A DNA stretch of 64,000 bases from Amoebophrya sp. A120. Taxonomy: Eukaryota; Protista; Dinoflagellata. Location of the stretch: the NCBI GenBank assembly GCA_905178155.1, contig CAJINV010000005.1, forward strand, positions 2,048,054 to 2,112,053, in the 5' to 3' direction. The stretch's first letter is position 1. Every line of letters begins with the position of its first letter. Shown here in pieces: positions 34,950 through 48,581 of this stretch. The position numbers and the translations under genes are program-made. The notes beneath the pieces were generated by a model, which did no database searches, was not told the origin of the DNA, and saw only the letters and a program-made list of their open reading frames with translations.

Positions 34950-36118
34950 CCTGTAGAAGTACTGGAGAAGTGCGTAAGTTGTAGCGCTGTGTCAACCTCC
35001 GCGTGTCAGAGCCGTAGTGCGCAGGGTCGTGTGCTTCGATCGTGCGACAGGACGACGAAAAGCGGTTCAGGTTGAGGTTCTACTTCTTGTGCATGATTTT
35101 ATCATCTTTTTGCGCTCCTAAAGTTAGTGGCAGATGTTTAATTCTCAACTAGCCCTGCGCGTATTGTATTTCCTGACATGATCGGAAGCTGGTGCTGCGA
35201 AGAACGGGCGCTGGTGAATAAAGTTCCACTTCAGCGACTCGCTTCCACCTATCTGTCAGCTGCCCTTGCCTGCTAGGATCTAAAAGCGACAAAACCAAAA
35301 AGCCGCCGTTTTGTGAGGATGCAAAAACTGTACTCCCGTCCGAAAAAAAAATCTAAGTCCATTTTGAGGACAAACAGGGCCATAAATTAGTAATACAACC
35401 TACGAACCACCAAACGACAGCGACAAGGACAACATAAAATAAACGTCGACCATCTTCAACTTCAACCAGTGCCACTTACACGTCCCGCATGACGGGAAAG
35501 ACCACTATATTCATGAGGAGAGTCTACTTGAATTATGTCCTATGCTAGATGTAGATTTGATATTTTGGAAGGATCCCGACGACGGCGTTTTTCTTTACTA
35601 TTTTCACGAAAAGCAAAAGTAGATAAAGACGGCGGTGGGTAGTGTTGCCGTGCACGATAGTACGAATGGACTGATACGACGATGTTCGGTAGAAGTCCTT
35701 GCACTTGCTCGATTTTTTCTGAATAAAACCCACACGTCGACCAGATCATCCTTCAACCAGAAAACCACAATGACAACTGACTGTTAAAACAAAACTTGAA
35801 ACCTGATGTTTCCCCATTCCGCCGCGAAACTGTAGTACCGGAGCATGCAAACGAACCCAAAAGAACATCCTTTTTACGAAAGACGTTCAAATACCGGCAG
35901 TGAAGCAACGCAGGTAGGGGTACTTGCACTTGATCAAACAAAAGCAGACAAATGAACTCCTGCTATACCATCTTCCACAGATGAAGCAAGCGAAGTATTC
36001 AGTTTGCAGAAACAGGCAGATGCACGCCTACAGATTGATAAGAACAGTTTTACATACTACATCATTTTTTTCAACTTTTAATACTCGACCTCCTCGCATC
36101 AAGCTTCACACTTTCGTC

Positions 36119-39100
36119 TTATCTCGCCGATGGTTCGTGGTCTGTCACACCTTTTTTAATTTCTGCCCCATTTTTGCTTTTTCCCAGCAGTTCCTCCGTC
36201 TTTTTGCGCTTCACAATCATCCCACCCAGCGCCCGGTGCACCACAGTGTTTTCATCTTCCTCCAAAACACTCTTCAAAGTGGACCCCTTGGTGGCCCGTC
36301 CCGCGCCCGCGGCAGCTCCCGGTGCTTCTACTTCTTGCGCTGGTGGTTTTTTATTACTGCTATACAGTGCGCGGGGGGCCTGCTCACGATGAATCTTGAG
36401 GGAATCGTGCGAGGCCAGCAGCTATGCATTGCAAAAATGTCTGGGTCTGGAAGATTCTGTCTGAGACTTGTCATGCACGTTTTGCATGAGCCATGAGGTC
36501 TGGAATGCGAGACCTAGCATGACAGATTATTTGAGGCCTCTATCATGCCTTTCCTGCATGAGAAACTCCCTCTCAATTTGGTCAAAAGCGGACAGCTTTT
36601 GGCACTCACGCAACACAGATTTTTGCATCATTCGGATTTAGCATGACAAGTTGCATTCTTCCAGACCCAGACATTTTTACATTTGATAGCAGCCCGCGCG
36701 TGTCCCCAATCATGATTTTGTTGTCCGTTCCGTCCCCCGCCGGTACCGCCTTCACGGCGCCGGCGCTCGGTAAAAAAGCCGGGTGGAGTTGTAGGGAGCC
36801 CTGCTGCGCGGCTGCAAAAGCAGAGGGACCGGAGGAGGAAAGAACAGATGCAGTTTTAGAAGTAACGAGTGTTGGTTCTTTGTCATCCTCTATCATTCCT
36901 GGTGCCAGTGGATCATGTGCAACATTCATCGCTGGCCTCCCTGAAAAATGTTCTTGCTCATGCGGTGCTGCTTTAGTATTTTCGTCCAGCGCAGCTGCTT
37001 TGGTTCCAATTTGATCCTTCGTTTGGGGGCCGTTGTGTATCGATTTCATGTAGTTCCAGGTCCAAACGGTGCCTACCGGCGCGGCGTGGATCAGGTCCAT
37101 GCAGACGTTCTCGAAGGTCAAGTCGTACTTGTCCGCGTATTGCATATAGAAATCCATCAACGGTAGGATCTCCCTCGGACACTTCTCCTTCAGCTTCACG
37201 CGCAAAGCGGCTTCCTCCTCCATATCGCTTTCCGGTTCTGGCTATGCATTGCAACTACGTCTGAGGCTCCCGCAAGGGTTGCACTGGTGACGCTTGTAGT
37301 AAGATTATGTCCTGCATTCCGGTCCTGCAAAATCTGTGTTACTTGTAAATATGACCAGCAAGACCGCAGCTTTCTTCGTCCTGCGAAAACGCCAGTTATG
37401 AAATGGGCACCGAATGATCACAGAGCGTGGTAGAAAGTTCTCATGCATGGCAGCCTCAATCAGGACTACTCCGAAGTTCATCAGCGTCGTCACAGGTTTA
37501 ATATTCCAGACTCAGACTTAGTTGCAGTGGATATTGGCTTCCCTTCTCGTGCTGGTTTGAGCTTTTCCTGCTCCTCGAGTGCAGCTTGCTGCTTGCGGAT
37601 CCCGTCGATCAGCGAGACAAAGATCGCTGCCGCCTCCGCCTTGCACTTCACGCACTTGCAGTGAAACCCGTAGCCCGACCAGAGCTCTTCCTGCCGGTAG
37701 GCCAGCGTGCAGTCTTCATCGATGTAGCTCATGTAGATGTTTTCGCCTGCCCGTATCCTTCTCGTTGCCTTGCCCTGGATTCTTCCCGTTTCCCCAATTC
37801 GGCAAACCTCCATGTTCGGATAGCAAGAGTGATTCGTGAAGGCCACCACCCGGCACACGCCTAAACCCTCGAAGCTGGGAAAGATCTTGCCCGACTGTTT
37901 CCACGATTTCGCAGACACCTCAATGTTCTCCTGTATCAAATGCAAAAATGTCTGGGTCTGGAAGAATGCGCGATCTGTCATGCAGCTTTTCCATGACCTA
38001 TGAGGTCTGGAATGCAGGACCTAGCATGACATTGGTGGTCTACGGGCAGGACGTCCCGGTGGCACGAAAGCCGATAGTACAAGTTACTATAAACATGTAA
38101 AAAAATATAATATAAACAGGACCTAGCATGACAGATTCTGCGCGACCTCTCTCATGCCTATCCTGCATGAGAAACTCCCTCCCAACTTGGCCAAAACTGG
38201 ACGACTTTTGGTAATCATGCAACACAGATTTTTGCATGCTTCAGATTTAGCATGACAAGTTGCATTCTTCCAGACCCAGACATTTTTACATTCGATATCC
38301 TGACTGTCCTCATGATAGTCCGCACAGGTCGCAAGCTCCGCGTCGGATATTTGACCTGAGATTATTGATTACCAAATGTAAAAATGTCTGGGTCTGGAAG
38401 AATGCAACTTGTAATGCGTATTTCAGAACACAGAAAAGTCTCTCATGCATACGTAGCAAAAGCTCCCACTTTTTGCCAGCAAAATAGGGGACTTGTCATG
38501 CGGATTCGGCATTGCGGAAGGTTCTCGAAACCTGTGATGCTAGAGCTTCCATGCCAGACCTTCTGTGTCATGCAAAAACAGCATGACTCTTCCAGACCCA
38601 GACATTCTTACATTTGATATTGATCGTATGACTTCGATGGACCTCAACTTACTTTCTTCGCCGAGGCCCAGGTCAACAGCACAGCGGGGTAGTGGGGCAC
38701 TTGCTCTTCACCAAAAAAATACCGAAAAAGCAAATGCGCTGCACTACTTATATCATCGCAATAGAGTAAGTACGTTCCGTCTGCCGCCAGCTGAGCGCGA
38801 TGTGCCCCCACAAGAGTTTGCAGGTTTCTATCCAACTGAAAACAATGTCGTTCTTTCATCTCGAGTGCTTTTTACTGGCATATCCGCGACATGCCCAGTG
38901 TGTTGAAAATGCCGAAACAGAAACAAGGAACTGAAATGCGCATATCAATTAAGAAACCCCAGTGTGCAGGAGTCTTCTCAACATTACATGTTGGGTTACT
39001 GACTCGCAGAGGAGCAGTGGTGCCGGGGACAAGCAAAATGAATTATGCATGATGTTGCGAAAAGAGAATCGCGCACCCATCTACTCAAGAGGAAGAATAA

Positions 39101-42100
39101 CTATTGGTTTTCACACTCTGCTACTTTCGTTAATGAATTTCCGGGATTTTGGGTCTACGCGGGCGTGGATGATTTGTTTGTTGATCGCGTTTATGCAATG
39201 CAACAGCATCGAAATACTTGTTGAGTGGTGAGAATCGCATGAAAAAGAAAAACATTTCTTTCAAAAGAAATAATAAAAGAGAAACTCGTCATGCAGCAGA
39301 GTCCGTCAAATACGAAAAATCTGTACATGCAATTTTACACGAGTTGTACTTCTACGATGCTTTTGCGTCGAGGATAGGATTCGACGCGGTCAGGTCCTTC
39401 GATGTTTCGTCACACAGGCCCAACAACCTATCCCACTCCTCCTCCGTGCACAGCGCCGGCAAGACCCGGTCCGGGTAGAGATACGAGCTCGGAACAGCTC
39501 CCGTCTGGTCTTCCTGCTCGCCTTCCTCCTTCTTGCTGGCCTGCTCTCGCGGTGGAACAAGTGCAGGTCGCGGCGCGCCACGGTCCTCTTCTATGGTGGT
39601 ATTTTTCTTCTTTGTAGGATCAAGAGGGCCAGACACGACACTGGGCGACACAGCATCATTTTCGGCACGGCCCGTTGTCTGGTGGTCTTCCGGTGGACCA
39701 GAAAACGCAACGGTTGGTTTCCTGGACGAGGTGTCTTCGCGTCCATCCAGGCTGACGAGCGCGTTTCCACTTCTTGTATCGTGGGCCGAAGCTGCTTCGT
39801 CCATGTTGCGCAATGCGCTGCTGCTGCTTTCATTCGCCTTCTGCCTCTTTGGCGAGCAAGAATCCACCATCGCTGCAGCCACCGCCGCCGGCGGTGGGCC
39901 TTTCAGTGACGAAAAGGCGTCGGAGGGCAACGGCGGGCGGTTCGCGCCGTCCTCATTGGCAGAGTCGTCTTCGTCCGACGCTTATCGTCCGCAAAAGCAC
40001 TTCTATCGTAGGCGTACTTGCAATACAGAGTCATAGATACAAACCTCGATTCTTGATTTTGATAAATGATTCCTTTTCTTACCTGATCCAAAAGAACGAG
40101 GCGAAGTTTGTATTTTATAGGTCGATGCAATCTGTGCTAGCACGATTTGTACTTTTGTAAATTGCATATTGCCACGCCGGCGAACTCTTCGCTGCCGGTG
40201 CGCCGCATCTTCTCCAGTGTCTGCAGGTCTTCGTCGGGCACCCCGGCGCCGGTCACGCCGCCCGCTGCCACTTTGGGTGAGCCGCGCGCAGAGCTTGCAA
40301 AGGACAAGGAATTGCCGCTAAGGGGCTGCTCCTGCTGCTTCTCCTGCTGTAGAAGTCCACTTGTACTATTGAAACGAGCAGAATCGTCCTGGCCAGCATC
40401 GGCTTTGCTACAAGAAGTAAATCCAGTGGTGGAACTGGTACCACAACCACCAGCACCCCCGCCAAAGGGCGCGATGTCTGAGGGCAGGTTGTTCATCGTG
40501 AAGCTCTCCACCCGGTCCCCGCACACAAAGGTCAACTCGGCATCCTCGATTATTTTCGCCTTCGACTGACAGTCCGTTTCCAGCCGGTCTTCAAACATCT
40601 GCGGCCGGGTCTCCGCGATTTTCACTTCGTTGCGGTTCCGCACCTCCTGCCAAAGGTTCTGCAGGTGCTTGTACGACGTCTTGACGATCTGGTAGATATT
40701 TTTTTTGATGAGGAGAAATTATCATCCACGACGACCACTTGTGTATAATGTTTTTGTGCATCAGAAACAAAATCGCATATTTTCGCATATACTAATAGTG
40801 CATGATCCTTGTTCTGGGTAAGTAGTATTATTTTTGCAATAGGCGTGGGCCTGTAGGCGTTAATTCGGGGTGGGTTGGTTGGTCGGTTGGTTGGTTATGC
40901 AAATTTCCCGTGGAACCAAACCCGCTGCGCTGTATCTTGTGTTTTTCTGAGATTCATCTAACTACTATCACCGTTGAAGCTGCCTACCTACCCACCTACC
41001 GCCCCTCTTTACGATCGTACTACCGTGATCGCGCCGACCCAACTACCTACCTACCCCTTTCCACCCAGAGGAGATCGGTGACCACGCCTACCGACCCACC
41101 CACCCACCTGCCGGGTGGGTGGGTGGGCCGAGCTTGCGTTGCCTATTGGCCACGCCTACCGACCTACCCACCCACCTGCCTGGTGCGGGGGGCAAGGGTG
41201 CGCGGCCTATGCATTCACTGGCCACACCTACCGGCCTACCCAACCACTTGCCTGGTGGGCGGGTGGGGTGAGCGTGCGTTGTCTATTGGCCACGCCCAAC
41301 GACCTACCCACCCCTCTGCCTGGTGGGGAGGGTGGGGCGCGCGTGCGTTGCCTATTGGCCACGCCTACCGACCTACCCACCCACCTGCCGGGTGGGGGGG
41401 GGCAGGCGTGTGCTGCCTATTGGCCACGCCTACCGACCTACCCACCCACCTGCCTGGTGGGGGGGTGGGGCGAGTGTGCCTTGCCTATTGGCCACGCCTA
41501 CCGACCTCCCGGCCCACCTACCTTGGCACGGGTGAGCATGCGCTGCCTGCTGGCCACGCCTACCGACCTACCGACCCACCTGCCTTGGCACGGGTGAGCA
41601 AGCATGCGCTGCCTGCTGACCACACATGCCGACCCACCCACCCACCTTCCCTGGCAGGGGTGAGGGCGCGCCCTAAAGGTTCAACGCTTCGACCAGACAC
41701 AGACATACTTGCACCCAATGCGATCCCAGGCACTTAAGTTTGTTCTTGGTTCTCAAATTGATTCTGATCCTCAGTGACTTTGTTGTGAGTGGCACAATCA
41801 CAACGAGAAAAGAAAAACAAATCCTCTGCCTCAGGGTCAGGCCTTCATTGGTGCGCTGGCTTGGTTCGTTTCATTCTCACAAGATGAAGCCGAGCTCCTT
41901 CGGCGGGAGGAAGAAAAATGTCGCAGCTCGTTCTCTCTGGCCCTGGCCTGCGCACGCAGTGCGCTTTGTGGCGAGGGTGGAGGAGCGCCGCGCATAGACG
42001 TATCGCCTACCTCAGTGTATGTAGTTCACTCTATCGCAACTAAAACCCCGATCACTTGCGAGGGGAAATCTAAAAGCTGCCATAGCAGTGGGGTTCTAGA

Positions 42101-45100
42101 CTTCAAGTGGCGCCCCGCGGATGCGGTCGGCGTTGTGGCCGTGCCGCGCCGATGGGCCCCGGGCAACTAAAAGCGCCACAGGCTGCTAGATCAAAGACCG
42201 CCCTTTACGGGCGGGGCGCTTTTCATCAGGATGGGCATCATTTCACCCATTTCGGTGCCCGCGATAGCAAACCGTTTACGCGGGAGCCTTTGCGGGCCAC
42301 CACACACGGGCCAGGCGTCGCCGGCCTGCAGCCAAGACTGTCTCTGAGCAGTTGTAGTTCTTCATCACTTCACTCTAACTGGGCGCTGCCCCAGCTCCCG
42401 CATTTTCGTTGTCACACGCATCAAGAAGTAGGTGGGTGGGAAGGTAGGTGTAGACGCGCCTCCGTTGCGCCCCGCAAGTGAAAATCGCCCACACCTGGAG
42501 GACACGCGGACGCATCATTGTCCAATGACGACCAACCAACCCACCTACCCACTGCTCAGCCACGAAGGAGGGCGTGATCTTTTTTGTTTCGGTTGATTAT
42601 GAATGGACGAGAGGAGCGTCAGTATCACGAGGTAGGTAGGTAGGGAGGTAGGTGGGTAGCGTGCATCTCATTCCCGATATCAAAGCACAACTTTCTCCAG
42701 CTTCGATTGTGGGAAGCAGAACGTCGCCGACAGACTCACGTACATCAGGATAAGCGAAATAGCGACACCGCGACGCCGAATATGTCTCCGCCACAATACG
42801 TCCACCACCAAACGCAAACCAGACGCACGTCGACCTCACCACGCACTGCGACTCCGGAAGAATGTTTTTCTATAACCCGCGACGGCCCGCCGTCTTCAGC
42901 ATTTGCATAACCAACCAACCGACCAACCAACCCACCCCGAATTAACGCCTACAGGCACACGCCTACTCTATTTTTGATACAAACTGTAACTGGTGCTTTC
43001 TGTTTCTATCTACATTTATTGCCTTCCACGAGTACACAGCACGCGCGCTACACAATCAGTCGTGCCGTATCTGTAGATAAAAAACGAGTACCTCTCTCCG
43101 CACCACCCGCCACTCTTCTTGCAACGGCTCCAGTGGAGCTGGTGTCGACGGGGACCAAGCAGCACGCTTCGCCTGAAGCGTGCCATGGTGGGGACCTACG
43201 AGGCAGCACGAAGCGCCTCTGCAGGTGGTGCCGGAGGGCCACGCAGCATGCTTCGAAGAAGCGCGCCGCCATGTAGACCTGCGGAGCCGACACCAAGCCC
43301 CTGTGGAGTTGGTGGCAACGGGGACCACGCCGCACGCTTCATTCGAAGCGTGTCGGGCGAGGGACCTGCGGAGACGACGCCAGGGAGTTCCTAATGCGGA
43401 GCTGGTGCCGGCGGGGACCACGCAGCGCATCTAGCCCGATGCATGCCGTAATAGGGGCCGGCGCAGCGCGCTTCTTTCGAAGCGTGCCGTCACGGAGACG
43501 CGAGCACACTATGCCAGGCCTCTGTCCGAAGCACTGCCATGTCGTGCAGATCTGCGCACAGCAGCAGCACTACCTTGGCGTGCGTGTCGCGCGTCCACAC
43601 TTGCTGCTCGCGCAGGTGGGACTCATTGATTTGTTGCGCGCGGCTTGCGGTCCCACCCCAATTGGGCGCGGGTCGTGTGGCGGAGTGCGGTAACGCGCGT
43701 CATCATTGGAGTGCACCTGCTTGCCAGCACATCCAACAAAGACCTCCCGGGCGTGCAGCTCGGCTTCCGCCGCAGCACAGCCCGGGAAAGCGTTTCCGAA
43801 ACTCTCTCGCGCGCCTTCACTGGAGTGCACCTGCGTGCCAGCACCTCCAGATCCAACCCCCCGGGCGTGAACCTCGGCTTTCGCCGCAGCACCACCCGGG
43901 AGTGCATGGCAGAGCATGGCCGGCGCGTCTTCACTGGAGTGCACCTGCGTGCCAGCACCTCCAGCTTAGACCTCCGGAGCGTGCACCTCAGCTCTCGCTG
44001 CAGCACCACCCCGGAGTGCGTCGCATACATCTGCCGCCTCGCGCGCCTTCACTGGAGTGCACCTGCTTGCCAGCACCTCCAGATCCGACCTCCCGGGCGT
44101 GCACCTCGGCTTTCGCCGCAGCACCGCCCGGGAGTGCGTGGCAGAGTGCGATCTGCGCGTCTTCGCTGGAGTGCACCTGCGTGCCAGCACCTCCAACTTA
44201 GACCTCTAGGGCGTGCACCTCAGCTTTCGCTGCAGCACCACCCCGGAGTGCGTCCCGCACATCTGCCATGGCTACTCTCCTTTTTCTTTTTTTTTTGGTG
44301 ATAAACGGCGCAGGGCCGCCGCGGGTGTGTACTTAATATTCCAAAGCCAGACCGTGCAACACCACACGCAGAGGGGAAACGACAACACGCGCCCGGCGCG
44401 CGCCGTTGCCCCTACAGCGGTGTCGCTCCCGTTAGCTGGCAGCGCTTAACCTCATTTCGCTATTGATAGATATGTTGGACGCGAAATACCAAATAAAAAA
44501 CGAGTACCTCTCTCCGCACCACCCGCCACTCTTCTTGCAACGGCTCCAGCTCGCTCCACTTTGGCGAGAATAAATGGTAGAGTTCCCCAACCTTGTCTGA
44601 CAGCATGCACTTCAACGCCAGCAAGCAGTGCCCGTATCAAATACAAACATCCCTGGACGACTGGAAGATTGCGAGACTTGTCACGACGCAGTGCTTTTTT
44701 CCATGACCCATGGGGTCAGGCATGGAGGACCTAGCATGACAGATTCTGCTGTGAGAGTGAGACCTCTATCACACAACTTCTGCATGAGACGCTGGCTGCT
44801 CTCAACTTGGTCAAAAGTGCGCGACTTTATATATTTGGCAATCATGCAATAGAAATGCTTGTACGATCCAGACTTCGCATGACAGGTTGCAGTGTTCCAG
44901 ACAACATCCAGGGATATTTACAATGCATAGTTCGTGTGCCTGCACTACGTACTCCTCGAACATGTCCCAGACGATCCCGGTCCGCATATGCGTTGCAAAA
45001 GTAAAAGTATCGTTGTCGAGATTGCATTACAAATTTCTGCAGATGAAGCAAGGAAAAGTAGAACTAATTTTTTCTGATGGTGAATTATAGAATTTTTAAT

Positions 45101-47332
45101 GCTGAGTTAGGTGGTAAACCAAATCCGTCATGGTGTTCTTGTGCCGCAATCAGTACGTGCTGCAGTTGGTACGATAAGGGTAGGTACTTTTGCAGGGGAT
45201 ACCGCCGTATCAAATGTAAAAGTGTCTGGGTCTGGAAGAATGCGCGATTTGTCATGCAGCTTTTCCATGACCCATGAGGTCTGCAATGCAGGACCTAGCA
45301 TGACAGATTCTGTGCGATCTTTCTCATGCCCATCCTGCATGAGAAACTCCCTGCCGACTTGGTCAAAACTGGACGACTTTTGGTAATCATGCAACACAGA
45401 TTTTTGCATGCTTCAGATTTAGCATGACAAGTTGCATTCTTCCAGACCCAGACATTTTTACATTTGATACGCCGCAGATACAGCAGATTTTTGTGAATGT
45501 CGTCCGTCTCGTAGCACTTTTGGCTACAGAAAATCTCCCCGTCTTTATCAAATGTAAAAGTGTCTGGGTCTGGAACGTTGCCGGGTTTGTCATGCATATT
45601 TTACATGACCCAAGATGTCTGCAATGCATCACCTAGCATCACAGATTTTTAGAGGGCTTCCTGATGCCTATTCCGCATGCCAAATGCCCTCTGCGCGTAG
45701 CAAAAACTAGACTCCTCTTGCTGGTCATGCAATACAGATTTTTTTAGAGTCCAAAGCTAGCATCACAAGTTCCAACCTTCCAGACCCAGACATTTTTGCA
45801 ATTGATAGTCTTCCGGCGCTCGCAACAGTTCCTCGTACCGCAGCTGTCGCTTGGAAGAGCATCCAAGAAGAAAAAAACACTGTACACATGCACTACCTGC
45901 AACCTGACCACAATTGCACTTCTAGTGCTGGTGAACCTCCTCTGCATGCGGAGGTTCTACACGACGCGAAGATCTTGATGTAATGCTGCTCACACAAATT
46001 GAACAAACAAACTTTGGTAAAAAACTTAAACTATCGCTTTCATAATACAAATACGCTACAACAGTCTACTATTTTTCCTCGGATAAGAAGTAATCCAGGT
46101 CCAGCATGGGATGGAAGGCGGCTTCAGGGAACTCGGTATCAAAAGGAAAAATCCCCCCTCCCCATATTGAAAAGGTATGTTGCCGAAAATTTGCGTTGCT
46201 GATTTGAGGTCACAAATCGTCTCTGTGTTGCACGAACGCAACTCCCCAAGCTCCGCTGCATTCTACAGGCGGTTTGTCATGCTGTTTTAGCTACAGCGTC
46301 GACGTCTGTCATGCTAAGCGCCTAGGCCAAAACCTGTACACTCAGGCTTAATATGGACCTGCAGTCCTCGCCAGCAAGACAAATCTGATTTGTGACCGCA
46401 AATCCAGCATCAGAAACTTCGTTTTGATATGGGGAGGGGGATTTTTCATTCTGATACTCGGACTCGAAAAACTTGGGCCCTGCGCGGTCCGCCCGCAGGA
46501 CCTGTCCGATCCGCGTCCGCAGCGACCCCACGGTGCGGAGGCACTTGTGGCAGACGGGCAGGCAGAGTCGATTGTACTGGTGTTGCAAGGCGGCGACGGG
46601 GTTCTCGCGGAAAATGATCTCGCCCACCTCGATGTCACGTTTCGCCACGATCCCGCGGTCGTAGCTGCCGCCGAGGTTCTCCACTCGGAACAGTGTCTCC
46701 ACGTCGCGCTCATATTCCCGCTGCGCACGGTCCAGGGTTTCTACCTTTTCACACCGGTTGGAATGTTATTGCGAATAAAATTTGGACGAACTCATAGTAC
46801 ATGAATCTGAGCCTCGTGCGGAAGAATCTGAGCATCATCAAATTACAGTTGCTGTCTGATGTCGTTTTGTTCTTGCTCAACAAGTAGAACTCTGCTATGT
46901 ACTTCTTCTGTCGTGTCGTTCTTTAATCCACAACATCTTGCGGTAGATTGCCCCGACATGAGGAGGATGGACGGAGATGACACGATAAAGATCTGATAAG
47001 ATATTATGCTTATCATCGATCCTCACAGAGAGTTCCTTAATACGCTCTCTGTAAAAATAAGCGGGCGAGGAGTCGATAAAAGACATAGCGTAATTTTTCG
47101 GTAGTTCTTGTACTCGTGCATTCACCATGTTGCGCAAAAACGGGTGCACAGAGGTGGGCGCATCATCCCGCTGCTCGGCAAGACAACCTACATCTCCTTC
47201 CGCATGAAGATCCACGTCCATGGGCATGACGGTGCCAATATTGACTTTGTGGCTCGACGCTGCAAGGTCATCACTCAGAAAATGGCCGTCAAGCTGCATC
47301 TCGCGATCGGCCTCCGTCACGGCGTCTGTCAT
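36119..47332 (-). CDS. SET and MYND domain (SMYD-type) lysine methyltransferase
   Basis: Split SET domain: RGIVAKRDIEVGEIIFRENP ... CHKC ... FCSQKC (MYND-like) ... FTNHSCYPN ... GENIYMSYID ... YGFHCKCVKC (post-SET). At least 11 introners plus GT-AG intron 44507-40689. Exon joins at 38640-39360 and the first exon are uncertain. Confidence 0.85.
36423..36688. mobile_element. Introner family A
   Basis: TSD gcagc. Confidence 0.93.
37243..37533. mobile_element. Introner family A-like
   Basis: Flanks ctggc/ttggc. Confidence 0.85.
37934..38297. mobile_element. Introner family A with nested 85-bp insert
   Basis: TSD tcctg. Confidence 0.93.
38032..38116 (+). mobile_element. 85-bp insertion with A-rich tail and 17-bp target duplication, inside an introner
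   Basis: CAGGACCTAGCATGACA at 38015-38031 and 38117-38133; host element is 102 bp longer than sibling 45208-45469. Confidence 0.8.
38370..38619. mobile_element. Introner family A
   Basis: TSD ttgat. Confidence 0.9.
39983..40168. mobile_element. Introner family D-like (TSD decayed)
   Basis: TATC..CATA ends; frame restored. Confidence 0.72.
40842..42963. mobile_element. Non-autonomous DNA transposon, 63-bp TIRs, TA flanks (Tc1/mariner-like signature), intronic
   Basis: TIRs at 40842-40904 and 42901-42963 (1 mismatch); TA at 40840-41 and 42964-65; no transposase ORF recognised. Confidence 0.85.
41080..41660. repeat. Tandem ~60-70 bp repeat (GCCTATTGGCCACGCCTACCGACCTACCCACC core) inside the TIR element
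   Basis: About 9 visible copies. Confidence 0.9.
43077..44549. mobile_element. 1359-bp insert flanked by a perfect 57-bp direct repeat containing an exon end and splice donor
   Basis: Copies at 43077-43133 and 44493-44549; insert contains five ~114-bp tandem units (43700-44265). Confidence 0.9.
44635..44929. mobile_element. Introner family A-like
   Basis: Flanks gcccg/gttcg. Confidence 0.85.
44987..45201. mobile_element. Introner family D
   Basis: Flanks ccgca/ccgcc. Confidence 0.88.
45208..45469. mobile_element. Introner family A
   Basis: TSD cgccg. Confidence 0.93.
45546..45807. mobile_element. Introner family A
   Basis: TSD gtctt. Confidence 0.93.
45860..46085. mobile_element. Introner (old)
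   Basis: CATC..GATA ends; frame restored. Confidence 0.6.
46137..46456. mobile_element. Introner family C
   Basis: TSD ctcgg. Confidence 0.93.
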
Positions 47333-48581
47333 GGCTCATCTATGTTCTCTTCTACTCGGAGATGAGGAGGAAGAATTTATTTCGGTGTTACTTCCACAGT
47401 TGACACGCTGTTCCACCAGGAGCCCATTGACGCTTTCGCTTCTCACCACCTGGTGGTGGCACTGGTTCTAGTCGACTCGTGGCTTTTTAATATTTCTCCG
47501 CCGCTGCGCTGCAATATTCCATCCTGCAGGTCCTGTTCCTGCTGTTGTCGAAAGTAGTGCTATTTTTCCTACGTCACGTCGTTGTCGGCGCAGGAGAATT
47601 TCTTTTGGCGAATAAACAGAAGGGCATGACCATTTGTAGTGCCCCCCGTCGCGAGGTGTGCGACGAGTGCTGAAACCTTTTTTCTTCCCTGAGCTGCGCT
47701 TGCGGTGTTTTGCTGCTCGTGGTCGGCTTCTTGTGGGAACTTTGTACAAAATTTCAAAATGTCGCCTGTCGTGATTCTCCACCTGGAGAAGAAGTGGGCC
47801 ATCCGGTGTGGGTCGTAGGAGGTGCAGCTTCTTAAGATTATAGTAACACCACCTAATAACAGTACAAATAACACTTGCGATGAAAACAAAATGGGTTTGG
47901 TAGGTCAATGGACAAAATAAGTTTGGTACCAGAAGTACTATTCGTATTGATTTACCGAAAATTCCGGGAAACGAAAAAACAAAAAATCGAGAAATTCAAA
48001 GTAGAGGGCCGCGGTAAGGAAATCATGCGCTACGAAGTTCTAAAAAGCATATTAAAACGCCTGCACGGAGCAGAAAAGTGACAATCCTTTGAAACTAAGA
48101 TGTTGCAAGGGAATCGCATAGCCATATAGTGCCTAGAAAAAACCCTACGATCTTGAAACTGCCATGCACGCGCAAGGGCAGGTAATTTACTATACTGCAC
48201 TGCCGTACTACGAATAAATATAAATCACCAAGCAGTTGCAAAAAGTGAAGACCCGCTGCTGCTCTACGTACCGGGTGCGTCAATCGAAAACTAATCAGGG
48301 CTAGCATAATTGTTCTAAGTGTTAATATAATGAATTCAGATCTGTACAGGGGACCTCTCATTCGAACACATCAACAAACTGTTCACTGTTTATTCCCTGC
48401 TCTCTACAGAAATTATACGGAAGCCGTTCCAACATGAAACTGCAGAACCCGTCGAACGCAAGACGACACGCAAAGCTGGTATTGCTTGCAATAATATAAA
48501 ACGAAAAGGATGAAAACAACAGCTGCATCCATGCTGATCAACATATGTACTCCATACTTACTATCAAAGGTTATAACGTAC

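Noticed and set aside
38032-38116. Ribozyme in the small insert
   Set aside because: Only a short GGC-ACGAAA-GCC hairpin; no hammerhead CUGANGA core or other recognisable fold
40910-44301. ORFs in the 41-kb and 43.5-44.3-kb regions
   Set aside because: Tandem-repeat translations within non-autonomous elements; no transposase motifs
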